The notes beneath the pieces are model-generated. The model was not told the DNA's origin, did no database searches, and saw only the letters and a list, made by a program, of their open reading frames with translations. A stretch of 64,000 nt of DNA from positions 67,642,001 through 67,706,000 of the forward strand of contig OX597816.1 in the NCBI GenBank assembly GCA_951406725.2, in the 5' to 3' direction. Every line of letters starts with the position of its first letter. Position 1 is the stretch's first letter. Shown here one piece after another: positions 1-12,228 of the stretch. The stretch is from Octopus vulgaris (lineage: Eukaryota). The position numbers and the translations under genes were made by a program.

Positions 1-1595
1 AATAAACCCTGTCGCGGTCGATTTTGACTTTCATCCCCCCGGTGTCGATAAAATTATCGTTAGCCAATATGAGGAATTAATGTAATTGATTTACGTACGC
101 CCAACAAATCAAATATGTGGTCGGTTTCCACTTGGGCAAACCATTTAATTTTACTATTAACGATACAACAGTAAGGTGACGAGCCAGCAGAATTGTTAGA
201 GCACTGGAAAGATACATTTATTCAAGCTGTTGATGTTCTGTGTTCAAATGTCGCCGAGATGAACTTTGCTCTTCATTCTTTCGGGGTCGATAAAACTAAG
301 TAGTTGTTAAATACTGGAGTTGATGTAATCAACTATCCACTTTTCCTCGCCAAATTGCTGGTCTTACGTCAAAATTCGAAACAACGATTCTACAAAGAAA
401 TATCAGAATGTGTAGAGCTGCAGTCAAAATGTCAAGTAGTATTTAGTAACAGCTCTTTACGTTTGGAGTTCAAATCTCATCAAAGTGTTAAAATATGGCG
501 GATAACGAAATTTATTTTAAAGTTCAATGTTTTTTTTTCTTTCTTTATCCCGTTAAGTGTTTAAGTCAATCAAAATGGGCGACACAGAGTAAACATTTTT
601 AAAGTATTGGAAAGCAAGAAATGAGTTTTTGTGCAGCCAATGCCATATGGTTGAGAAGATTGATTCACAGCCATGTTTCGATCTCACGGGGCAAGCTACT
701 TACCACACAGCCACTCCTGTGCCTATAGCCACTCCTGTTTGTGTGTCTGTGTTTGCCCCCCCCCCCCACGCCATCGCTTGACAACCGATGTTGGAGTTTA
801 CAAACTCGTAACTTAGCGGTTCGGCAAAATAAGTACTAGAATAAGTGCTAGGCTTACAAAGAATAAGTTCTCAGCTCGCTTTGTTCGACTAAAGGCGATG
901 CTTCAGCATGGCCGCAGTCAAATGGCTGAACCAAATAAAAGAATATGTGTGTGTGTGTGGGGGGGGGGGGGCTGTGTGTATGGAGAATGAGAGGGTGGGT
1001 GAGAAGTGTAACCTTTCCGTGGTAAATCTCAAGGCCCAGTTTGTTTTTGGAATTACTAGACCATAACAATGATTTTTATTTATTTATTTTGCTCTTTCTT
1101 TTTTCCTACGTCAAGATCAGTGGAAATTAGCAGAGAGTGAGAGAGAGAGAGAGAGTGGGGAGGAGGGAGAGAGAATGAATAAAAGGTGAGAGGGTGGGGG
1201 TGGGAGGAAGAGAGAGATATGAAAAACGAGGAAGTTAAGTGGTAGAGAGGTGTCGGAGGAAGAGTGCTTAGTAGAGAGAGGGAATATCGAAGTGACATCG
1301 TTTTGTCCATCAATAGCGTGTATTTTTAGTATCAAAAACACACCTCCATCGATACACGCACCAGTATACGCAATCACACATATATAGTTTGTATGTGTAT
1401 ATATATATATATATATATATAAAAGCAGGTGTGTGTGAGTGAATATATGCATATATGTGAATGTGCTTTCGTGTATAAAGCAATACAAAACACAAATATC
1501 GCGTTTTATAATTTCATATTAAATAGTTCGTTGTAAGATCGTTTCAAATCCTGGTCGTCAACACAATCGGGGTCGAAATGACCGTAGTACGAACT

Positions 1596-1634
<39 letters not shown>

Positions 1635-1690
1635 ATATATCTATCTATATATATAAATCAAAATAAGCAACAAGTATATCCGAGGTAGGG

Positions 1691-1774
1691 TGGTACAATC
1701 GTTTCATGCTACTTCATTTTATTAAACACTGTAAGTTTTACACCAGTTTTAAAATGTCGAGCAATCTTCAGCCA
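1691..1774 (-). ncRNA. Degenerate hammerhead-like motif with long stem-II insertion
   Basis: Minus strand: TGG-CTGAAGA-tTGCT-[~50 nt]-AGCAt-GAAAC-gatt-GTA-CCA. The host segment (about 1655-1830) begins aaataagcaacaag like the 60764 element and abuts (TA)n. Confidence 0.45.
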
Positions 1775-1833
1775 TTTATAGAAATTTTCCAATCAAACGG
1801 ACAATCCACATTCTTATCGCTATTTCGTTTGAA

Positions 1834-1894
<61 letters not shown>

Positions 1895-2267
1895 CAGATA
1901 TATATATATATATCAGACAGTTAGGTGATACAAAAAAAGAGACAAGACATCCAGATAGACGATACAAAGAAAACAAGGACGGGTCAGTCGGAGTTTTCTT
2001 TCCTCAGTCGAGTTCCAGATTATCTTTGCAATTTCGGCTGAGGAAGAAGGCGACAATTATGAAAAGGATAGACCCAAGGACTTGACTGGTACTTTATTTT
2101 ATCGACCCATGAGAGAAGGGAAACAAAGTTGACATGGGCAGGGTGTGAACGCAGAATGTAAAAAAGAGTGGTTTTCGACGCTATAACGAATCTGACAGCT
2201 CATTGAGCACCACCAGCTCAAATAATTTTTCCTCTGTCTTCCCTTCTTGGGATCTTTCCTTCTCCTT

Positions 2268-2302
2268 GTTTCCGACGAAGAGCTCCGCTCGAAACGTTAA
2301 AC
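2268..2302 (+). ncRNA. Minimal hammerhead-like motif (U4-to-C variant, GUU triplet, palindromic AACGTT stem III)
   Basis: GTTT-CCGACGA-A-GAGC-tcc-GCTC-GAAAC-GTT-AAAC. 4-bp stems I and II; the host element (about 2220-2410) ends at (TA)n. Confidence 0.65.
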
Positions 2303-2406
2303 CCTCCTTCCCTTCTTTCCTGAGCGTCAATAATACTTCAATTGTTCCACGTCCTGCGTTGCTGTGTTTTTTCTCTTTTTTTTTCTCTGTTTTCTTGTTT
2401 GGATTA

Positions 2407-2502
<96 letters not shown>

Positions 2503-2556
2503 TTACTCATATTTACGCACGCACACACACAATATTTACATACCACAGACACACAC

Positions 2557-2598
<42 letters not shown>

Positions 2599-3110
2599 TA
2601 CTCATATCCATAGACACAGAACCACACACGTTTATATCAACTCACACACGCATAATATACGTGTGTGTCTATATCTCTCTCTATATACATCACTGTGCGT
2701 GCGTACGTGTGTATAAAAAGGGTCACCTCCCGTCATGCACTATGCATTCATCAAGAGCCTCAACACTCTAGCCCCTCCCAACGCTCTGTTTGCCTTTGTC
2801 GTAACATCTTACTTATCAACACGACTTGTCGTTCCCACGTTATTCCGGTCGCCATGCTAGCCGCAGTCGTGGTGACAGCAGTGCTCGGGAAGTACCATCA
2901 ATTTTTATTTTGTTTGTTTTTGTTTTTTTCCTCTTCTCAGACTTTACTTCTCTACACATCTTTCTATCTCCGTTCTCTCTTTATCCTAGTTCTATTTTTA
3001 CTTCTATTCTGAACACATGCACTTGTTTTCCTGCGTGATGCCCACACAAATATTTACGTATATTTTGATGTGGAGACAGACAGACAGACAGACACACAGA
3101 CAGACACACA

Positions 3111-3144
<34 letters not shown>

Positions 3145-3145
<1 letters not shown>

Positions 3146-3362
3146 TCTTTTACTTGTTTCAGTCATTTGACTGTGGCCATGCTGGAGCACCGCCTTTAGT
3201 CGAGCACATCGACCCCAGGACTTATTTTTTGTAAGCCTAGTACTTATTCTATCGGTCTATTTTGTCGAACCGCTAAGTTACGGGGACGTAAACACACCAG
3301 CATCGGTTGTCAAGCGATGTTGGGGGGACAAACACAGACACACAAACATACACATACATACA

Positions 3363-3393
<31 letters not shown>

Positions 3394-3558
3394 GCAACGG
3401 GCTTCTTTCAGTTTGCGTCTACCAAATCCACTCACAAGGCTTTGGTTGGCCCGAGGCTATAGTAGAAAACACTTGCCCAAGGTACCACGCAGTGGGTTTG
3501 AACCCGGAACCATGTAGTTCGTAAGCAAGCTACTTACCACACAGCCACTCCTACGCCT
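3145..3558 (-). mobile_element. SINE family A (tRNA-like head, microsatellite spacer, conserved tail), full-length copy
   Basis: Head aggcgtaggagtggctgtgtggtaag...ggttccgggttca; body ccttgggcaagtg...tggatttggtagac; tail cgcttgacaaccgatgctgg...ctccagcatggcc.cagtcaaatgactgaaacaagtaaaaga. More than 15 copies in the window. Confidence 0.9.
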
Positions 3559-5593
3559 ATATATATTAAAATTATAAGGCTATCTAAGAGATACCACCAT
3601 GCTTGAAATATCAGTCAAAATCAGGTTTTGACTGCTATTTCAAGCATGGTGGTATTTCTTAGATACCCGTATTTATAATCTTTTAATAATTATTATAACC
3701 TATAACGGTTTTATCTTCCTACGCTGCCACTAGATTTGATCGCTATTTAAAACAATGAAATTATGCTATGAAATTTATGGATGCTGCCCTCCCTCCAGAC
3801 CCAGCAAAAGCAGGAAAAGGAACACCAGAAGGGGCTACTGGTCTTAGAGATGGCCTACGAAAGCCATGGGTGCTTTAACCTTCCTCCAGACTCAGCAAAA
3901 ACAAAAAACAAAAACGCAAAAAGGACAGTGTAATTTGAACGAGATTTGGCTACTGTTTCTCGCGAAAAAGCATTTGCAAAAAAACCATTCGTTTTAAAAA
4001 TACTTAATACTTGGGAGAACAAAAATCACACGAAGAAAGAAAAAAAAAAAATACAAACTCAAGATTTTGATGATGGTTGTTGAATCAAAAAGTACCAGGC
4101 AGCAGTGGAGGGTACTGAAAGCCACCTTGTTTGTTGTAGGGAATATTTTGGGTGTCAGTTAAAATTTGTGTTGTTCAACTATATTTTGAAATAATAACGC
4201 CAAAAAAGCAACAGTAACAAAAAATAATTCAACCATTTGAATACCCCCCCCCCCCCATCATTACAAGAACAGCACAGAGCATAATTCTTAATTGTAACCA
4301 CACAATTACTGCGATAATAAACAATGCTAGCTGCAGCACGGCGTTGGTAATAATAACGATGATAATAATTTCTAATTTTGACACAAGGGCCAGCAATTTC
4401 GGGGTATGGGGTGAGTCGATTATGTCGACCCCAGTGGTCAACGGGTACTAATTTTATCGACTCCGAAAGGATGAAAGCGAAAGTCAACTACGTCGAAATT
4501 TGAAGGTAGTGTGTAGCTAGGATGGAATAAGCAGGGCACATGCCCTGGCCGTCACTTTGAGGGGGAGGGCGCAATTTTGGTCAAGATCATTTTCTTATTA
4601 AGCCACATTTTAGTTAGAGGGTGGGGTGCGCAATTTTGATGCTTGTTCTGGGCGCCATTTACCCTATCTACACTTCTTAGTACAGGGCCTGACATTTCGG
4701 GGCAGTTACATAGACCGCAGTGTGTCGCTGGTACTCAATTTATCGAGCCTGGCCGATTACATAGACCCCAGTGTTTTACTGATACTTAATTTATCGACCC
4801 CGAAAGGATGAAAGGCAAAGTCGACCTCGGAGGAATTCGAACTCAGAACTTTGCAACTGGCGAAATACCACGAAGCATTTTACCCAGCTTGCTAATCATT
4901 CTGTCAGCTCGCCGCTTTAATAATACTAATGATAGTTTCAAATTTTACCACAAGACCTGAAATTTTGGGGGAGGGAATGTGTCAATTACATCGACCCCAG
5001 TATTCAACTGGTACTTAATTTATCGACCCCGAAAGGATGAAAGGCAAAATCGACCTCGGAGGAATTCATCCAGCTCGCTATCAATTCTGCCACCTCGCTG
5101 CCTTTATAATAATAATAATTCTAATTCTGCAGCCGACAAACTGGTACGAGCAGTGTCTTGACAAAGTGAAAATGGCATTTTATACTCAAAGAACGCCGAA
5201 AAATTAAGTCGTACAACCTTGGCTAAACGCAAACTGACATCTTTTAATCTTAAAGACTAACGCGAATCCATTTGCCTGTAATTTTACTTCAGTTGCTTTC
5301 ATTAAAACGAAGTTTCCATACTCTTCTCTAAACTTTACTGAGTCACCACTTAAATTGTATTCCTGTAGCTCCACTAACGACCGTCAGATGGTTTATATCT
5401 ATATATTATTTATTTTACATAGAGCTTGCGCTGTAGGACGTTCCTTTCCTTGGCTGACGATTGGAGATTATTATAATTTCGTCATCAGAGCACCCGCTGG
5501 TCATGATAAGCGACGTTGATGTTAGGGCGGAATATCCGAGTTATTTTATCTCAGACGGTAGCATACTTTTCTTCATCATATTAATGCGGCCAC

Positions 5594-6255
5594 GGATCTT
5601 TTCGCTTTGACCGGCAGATTTTTAAAATAATTTCCATGTAACTAAAAAATTTTAAACTTCGTATACGGGTAGAATGTGTTTATAAAACACATTTTTTTCT
5701 CTTGGCTTTCTCGAGAAAATTCTGTAGTTTGTAAGATATTTGTAAGATATTTTCTTCAATTTCGGCAATTTCAACCAATCAATGACCTCTATCGAGGTGA
5801 AAACGATTTCTGCCATAGAGAGTAAACAACATTTTCTGGCGGTGTCATATGAAAATGTCACCCATAATTATGGCCCTAGTATCGATCTATTGCATTTCAA
5901 TCTGTTTTAGAGTTAGGGTTAGTTAGGATTAGGGGTGGGGGGAAGGGTATCTTTTTTTTCTTCAGAAATGTAAATAAACCCAATCTGTTTTTTAAACGAG
6001 GGACATTTTCATATGACACCGCCAGAAAATGTTTACGTCAGAGAATGTTTTCACCTCAATAGACGTCATTGATTGGTTGAAATTGCAGAAATTGAAGAAA
6101 AAAAACAACAAATATCTTACAAACTACAGAATTTTCTCAAGAAAGCCAAGAGAAAAAGATGTTTTGTAAACACATTTTACCAGTATGCGAAGTTTAAAAG
6201 TATTTAGTTACATGGAAATTATTTTTAAAATCTGCCGGTCAAAGCGAAAAGATCC
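5594..6255. mobile_element. Long-TIR MITE, Merlin-like (GG termini, 8-bp TSD)
   Basis: GGATCTTTTCGCTTTGACCGGCAGATTTT ... AAAATCTGCCGGTCAAAGCGAAAAGATCC; ~260-bp imperfect arms; TSD GCGGCCAC at 5586-5593 and 6256-6263; centre contains ttagggttagttaggattagggg. Confidence 0.75.
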
Positions 6256-7276
6256 GCGGCCACCATTAAAAATCCCCCAAGGGACATTTGTCGTCACTCC
6301 TAACCGTGCAATAAGTATTTTATTTTACTACTCGCCAAGGACTGTTTTATGCACTATACTAAACCTTGGCCCCTCTCTCTCTCAGATACTTCCACCTATC
6401 CATAAATCATTTTTTGTTGCCATCAGCACGTCGCGAATCATTGCTCTACTGTCATTTGATAATCCAATATCAGACAGGTAGGACATTTTTAGCTCTAACT
6501 ACAACTACATGTATATTTTATTGGAGTAACAGGATACGTGTCAACCAGCTTGGAGTAAAATATGGTTGAACTTTGGTTCTTGGATAGACAATGCATCTCT
6601 GTCAGTCAAGATTATTATATAATCACAATCATGTTACAAATGATCCCGATATCTGGGACATAAAAATTTGTTAAACCTTCTTAAGAATTAAAGGATGACG
6701 AACAAAACTAAATGCTTTCCTTTTCAACCTTGTTACCGAACAGGTGATTAGTCAAAATATAAAAAGAGTAAAAGATGATATCTAACCAGTGACATACACA
6801 TACAATGTATGTATGTAAAACGGAACATTCACTGTACTATTTTACGAAATAAGGCCAACGCAGACCAACACTAATTTCTTTCGAGTTTTATCATACGCGA
6901 GCGCGCGTGTGTGGGTAGGTAGATATTATCGAAAATTCTCGTACAAAGTCAAAAGTAAAAGAAGAGCGCTCTATACATTCAATGGAGTTGAATGTGTGTG
7001 TGTGTATATATATATAATAAAACTTTCAGAATCAAGCTATTTAAATAGGAAAGGTACCAAAGTGGAGTCCGTGATAGCGCACTGCTGTACTAACTATGTG
7101 TACTGACACATACGTACGGATTTGTTACAAGTACTGATAGAATACACAACGTGTACACAAAAGTCAGACCGGAGTATACTCACGGGACCTATTCCACAAT
7201 CGACTTCTACTCGTCAATAAAGAACACGTCTGAAACAGGCGTAGTAAACTTCAGCCCATCAATGTTATTGATTAAA

Positions 7277-7330
<54 letters not shown>

Positions 7331-7373
7331 GAATTTTTCCCTGTAAGTTTGGAGCTATACTCCCTAATATTAT

Positions 7374-7417
<44 letters not shown>

Positions 7418-9334
7418 AGAGAGAGAGAGAGAGAGAGAGAGGGTGGGTGGGTTGAGAGAGAGAGAGAGAGAGGGTAGGTGGGTGGAAAGATAGTAAAGAC
7501 ATGCATGCTATTGTGGTGGGTGCTTTTAGTATTCATTTTCATTACTTCCGATTTCATGTATACGTAGACTCAAAGTTAGTAAACGTAGCTTAGGAATCAG
7601 TTAATCCTATCGTGTAATGAATAATATTCTCAAAACGTTTGCCATGGTTACAGAACTGGTTAAAAAAAAATGAAAAATAAAAAAAGAAACCGGTTATCTT
7701 ATTCCGATTACTGCTCCAGTTTCCTCTAAACTGTTTAGACGAGACTGGAACAGTAATCAAGCAGAGAAATTAAATTAATCCGGTAAATAACACGTTGATT
7801 AACAAGATTAAATTATTCCAGACAAAAAAAAAAAAAAAAAACCCCAAGAGCAGCTAACGTAGATCGTAAAAATATCGAAAGAAATTTCAGTGGACTTCTG
7901 AGTCAAATTTCTGTACCATTTCTAAGGAAGATCCAACGACAGCTACAGAAACGGAATGAAACCCTACCGAAATGTAAAATATTACAGATATCACAGTTCT
8001 ATATTTAAGAATATATCGGCACGAACTTTCCAGACAACTCAATACAAGCACATACATGCTTCCATGCACACTGATATACACACATACATATAAACAAATA
8101 CACACATACACTAATATTTGAAATATGGATGGTGGATGTCGGTCATAAACTTAGGATAGTAAGTTGGAGCTGTGCAAAGTAAAACAACACCAGTTAATCA
8201 CACATACACACACACACACACACGCACACACACACACACACACGCGCGCGCATACGCACCACATACACGCATCTGTGTATTGGGGCGTTTGTGCGTATAT
8301 GGCCTAGATGTTTCGTTTATTTTGACTCCTTTGAAGTTTGTACTTCGCATCAAATATATAAGCCCCTTCACCCTACCGCATTCACTGTTCTTCCATAAAC
8401 CCACTCTCCTTTATTGTTCTCCATCATACACCTATCTCTGTACTACCTTCACCCCTACAGTTCCATCCAACTTCGCCATTCAACTATGGCCGTATCCTCC
8501 TCCGTTAGTACCAACTGACTTCTGTTGATTGTTGATGTGTCATTGACATGGTTCCAAACTATAGAATCCATACAAAATTAAGAGGTATGACCACTAAAAT
8601 GGACACCTAATATGCTAAGCATAGACGTCAAATCGCCATTACCACGAAGAATGTGTTCTCAAGAGAAATCTCAGCAAAACACCAAGACGGGGTCGACGTA
8701 ATCGAATTACTTCTCCCCCGAAATTGCTGGCGTTGTGCCAAAATTGGAAGCCATACTATAGAATCCGTAACTCCTAGTTCATCCTTATTCTTTTTCCTGT
8801 CATCTAACACTTTATATACGTGCGTACATACATGTCTATGTTTGTGTGTGCGTGTGTTTATTCGGAGTTGTCCGACTTTTGACGAGTGAAGTGTCTTGAT
8901 CTGAGATTATGTGACGAAACTGGAGCAGTTACATCGGGGATGCGTTCTTAGTCATCTAAGAATACAAGAACTTGTATTCGGTGTTCAGTTCACGTAATAT
9001 AGAAAAAGTAGACGTAGTCGTTCAGTAACAAGTTTGCTTCCCAACCACATGGTGTCTGGTTCAATCCCACTGTTTGGCATGACACCTTGGGCAAGTGTCT
9101 TCTATTATTGCTCCGAGTCGACCAAAGACTTGTGGATTTGGTAGACAGAAACTGAAAGAAGACCATTGTGTGTGTGTGTGTGTTGTCTCCCACCATCGTT
9201 TGACAACCGGTGTTTGTTCGGCGAAAGAGACCGATAGAATAAGTTTCAGACTTAAAAAAAAGTACTAGAGTCAATTTATTGGACTAAACCCTTGAAGGCG
9301 ATGCCAAAGTTCAATGACTGAAAAAAGGGTAAAA

Positions 9335-9373
<39 letters not shown>

Positions 9374-9554
9374 GTTTATTTGTTTCAGTCGTTTGACTGC
9401 GACCATGCTGGAGCGCCGCCTTTTAGTCGAGGAAATCGACCCAGGACTTATTCTATGGGTCTCTTTTGCCGAACCGCTAAGTTACGGGGGCGTAACCACA
9501 CCAGCGGTTGTTAAGCGATGGTGGGGATACAAATATACACAAAGATACACACAC

Positions 9555-9598
<44 letters not shown>

Positions 9599-9802
9599 AA
9601 ATCTCAGAGCGAGTTATAAACAGTAGCGGTAACACATCGTGATGCATATATGCCATTTGAATATGGCTAACCCATAAGGGTGGATGCTACTGTAGTTTGT
9701 AGCCCCAGGAAGATATCTCCTCCAGCTGGCTATAGACACACTATCTGTGTCCTGTCAGTATTTGTGAAGGGGAGTCATCCTCCCCGTCTTCAACACATGC
9801 TA

Positions 9803-9847
9803 CACACGTACCCGAGTTTCAAGGTGTTTACCTTTCATCAGCGTGTG
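9803..9847 (-). ncRNA. Minimal type-I hammerhead ribozyme motif (intact core, GUA cleavage triplet)
   Basis: Minus strand: CACACG-CTGATGA-AAGGT-aaac-ACCTT-GAAAC-tcgg-GTA-CGTGTG. 6-bp stem I, 5-bp stem II, 2-bp stem III, canonical CUGAUGA and GAAA. Confidence 0.85.
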
Positions 9848-10016
9848 ACAATCATGGTTGTCGATGAGAAGTCAGATCCCTTCACAAATACATATACTTT
9901 TTCCTGAGATTTATCATTGTTTGATTTCACTTTTTCAATATCAGTGTCAAATCGACACTGGAAAAAGTATATGTATTTGTGAAGGGATCTGACTTCTCAT
10001 CGACAACCATGATTGT

Positions 10017-10061
10017 CACACGCTGATGAAAGGTAAACACCTTGAAACTCGGGTGCGTGTG
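10017..10061 (+). ncRNA. Hammerhead ribozyme motif, inverted copy with GUG (predicted non-cleavable) triplet
   Basis: CACACG-CTGATGA-AAGGT-aaac-ACCTT-GAAAC-tcgg-GTG-CGTGTG; identical to 9803-9847 except H17=G. Confidence 0.75.
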
Positions 10062-10224
10062 TATCATGTGTTGAAGACGGGGAGGATGACTCCCCTTCAC
10101 AAATACTGACAGGACACAGATAGTGTGTCTATAGCCAGCTGGAGGAGATATCTTCCTGGGGCTACAAACTACAGTAGCATCCACCCTTATGGGTTAGCCA
10201 TATTCAAATGGCATATATGCATCA

Positions 10225-10266
<42 letters not shown>

Positions 10267-11819
10267 GTATACATATAGACCTATATAAATGTGTACAGTT
10301 ATGTACATATGGCTCAGTGGTTAGAGCTTCGGGCTTACAATCATGTAGTGAGTTCAATTCCTGGATCAAGTTGTGTGTTGTATTCTTGAGCAAGACACTA
10401 TATCTCACGTTGCTCCAGTTAACTCAGCTGTAGAAATGAGTTAGTTGTGCCAAGTTGTATCGGCCTTTGCCTTTCCTTTGGATAACATTGGTGACGTGGA
10501 GAGCGGGATACAGATATGCATGGCCGACTACTGGTCTTCCGTAGGCAACGTTGCTCAGACTTAGGCACTTGTGTTGAGTTCAAATTCTGCCGATGTCAAC
10601 TTTGTCTTTCATCCTTCCGGAGTCGATAAAGTACCAATCTAGTGCGTCGTCAGCCCGTATACGTTCTAGGTTCAAATTCCATCACGGCCTATATAGTTAG
10701 CAGATATAATCCGGCGCCTGGTTTAACACCCTCACCCGGTCCTGCTGAAGGGGATGTAGCGACATTCGAGTTAGGCCTTCGGTTTGAGGATTCTTTTCTG
10801 CTTCTCTTTCCCTCCCCTCACCACGTCTCTCTTTTCCATCAGTACAGAGACCCTGAAAAGTGTCGTAGATAGTTCCCTTACCTTCTGACTAGGCTCTCTT
10901 TCTCTCTTCACACTCACACACACACACGTCAGGCATTCAATTGAAATAACTTTAAGTAGATTTTGAATGCCTCATTTCCACGCCCCCTGGTCTGGTACAT
11001 GATAAATGACGTAATTAAGTCCGATATTTGGTGTGTTGTGAATGTAATGGGCGTGTTATCTAAATACTATCATTTGAAGTGAAGATAGGCGATAAACATG
11101 ACTGTTGTTTGTTTATATTACTCAGAACTATTTGTGGTAGATCATAGTAAATAACCAAACAGAATATTACTAACAATAAAAACCAAATCTATCCTAAACT
11201 CATATTACCGTTTTGTATTAAAAAAAATATGACATAGCGATTGTTATTATAAGTTTCAACTTCTTGATGCGCAACTCCGATTATTGAAACAAACACGATG
11301 CGAAATCAGAGTTACGATTCGAGAATCTTTAGCTTATAACACACACACACAGTGTAAGGTTCCCGTTAATTCTGGAATACTTGCAGTTTCTTTGTGACCT
11401 AAAATACCAGATAAAGTTCCTTAATCGCATGAGGTATCAATTACTGTTGATTCTCCTCTGTGTTACTGTTGCCTCTCCCAGTACATCTATAGCACTGACT
11501 GGTCCTGATGTTCATAGGTCAAATCGTAGACGTCACTCACCCTCAGGTTTAACAAGTGTGTGTGTGTGTGTGTGTGTGGAAAATATTAATTAATGGTTGG
11601 AGGTGTTGTGGAGACAAGAATATGGAACCAGGAGAAAGAATTCCAGTGCTAAGTCATCCGGCTATCTATGAAATTCTCCAGTAAAGAAAAGGCATAAAAG
11701 GTGCTTGGAATTGACAGTAGAAACCATCTTAAAGCGAGAATAGGAAGAAACACGAATCGTATTGAAGCTCCATTGTGCTACCGTTGCATTTAAACCCATT
11801 AAAAAATACAACATAGATA

Positions 11820-12228
11820 TTCTTTTCTACTGTAGGCATAAGGCCCGCAATTTTTAGGGAGGGGGCCAATAGATTAAATCTACCCCAGCACGCAACTGGT
11901 ACTTAATTTACCGATCCCGAAAGCATGAAAGGCAAAGTCGACCTCGGTGGAATTTCAAATTGAGAACGTAATGACAGACGAAATACCGCAAAGCATTTCG
12001 CCCGGTGTGCTAACATTTCTTATTTCTTTACTGCCCACAAGGGGCTAAGCATATAGGGGACAAACAAGGACAGAGAAACGGATTCAGTCGATTAGATCGA
12101 CCCCAGTGCGTAACTGGTACTTATTTAATCGACCCCAAAAGGATGAAAGGCAAAGTCGACCTCGGCGAAATTTGAACTCAGAACGTAGCGGCAGACGTGC
12201 TCACGTTTCTGCCAGCTCGCCGCCTTAA
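11820..12228 (-). mobile_element. SINE family B, dimeric copy
   Basis: Two tandem cores joined by the cccacaaggggctaa...ggacaaacaaggacag linker. Confidence 0.85.

Larger units (their letters stand above)
9594..10228. mobile_element. Penelope-like (PLE) pseudo-LTR-type insertion: 269-bp inverted repeat carrying hammerheads, between (TA)n tracts
   Basis: Arms 9636-9904 and 9960-10228 are near-perfect reverse complements (2 differences seen) with a 55-bp spacer; extra 14-bp IR at 9594-9607/9904-9917; (TA)n on both flanks; one hammerhead per arm. Confidence 0.7.

Noticed and set aside
1995-2048. Short inverted repeat containing CTGAGGA
   Set aside because: No GAAA/UH half in the right place; at most a decayed fragment.
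9680-10184. Two nearly identical ORFs on opposite strands (MDATVVCSPRK...)
   Set aside because: By-product of the inverted repeat; antisense to the hammerheads and with no recognisable domain.
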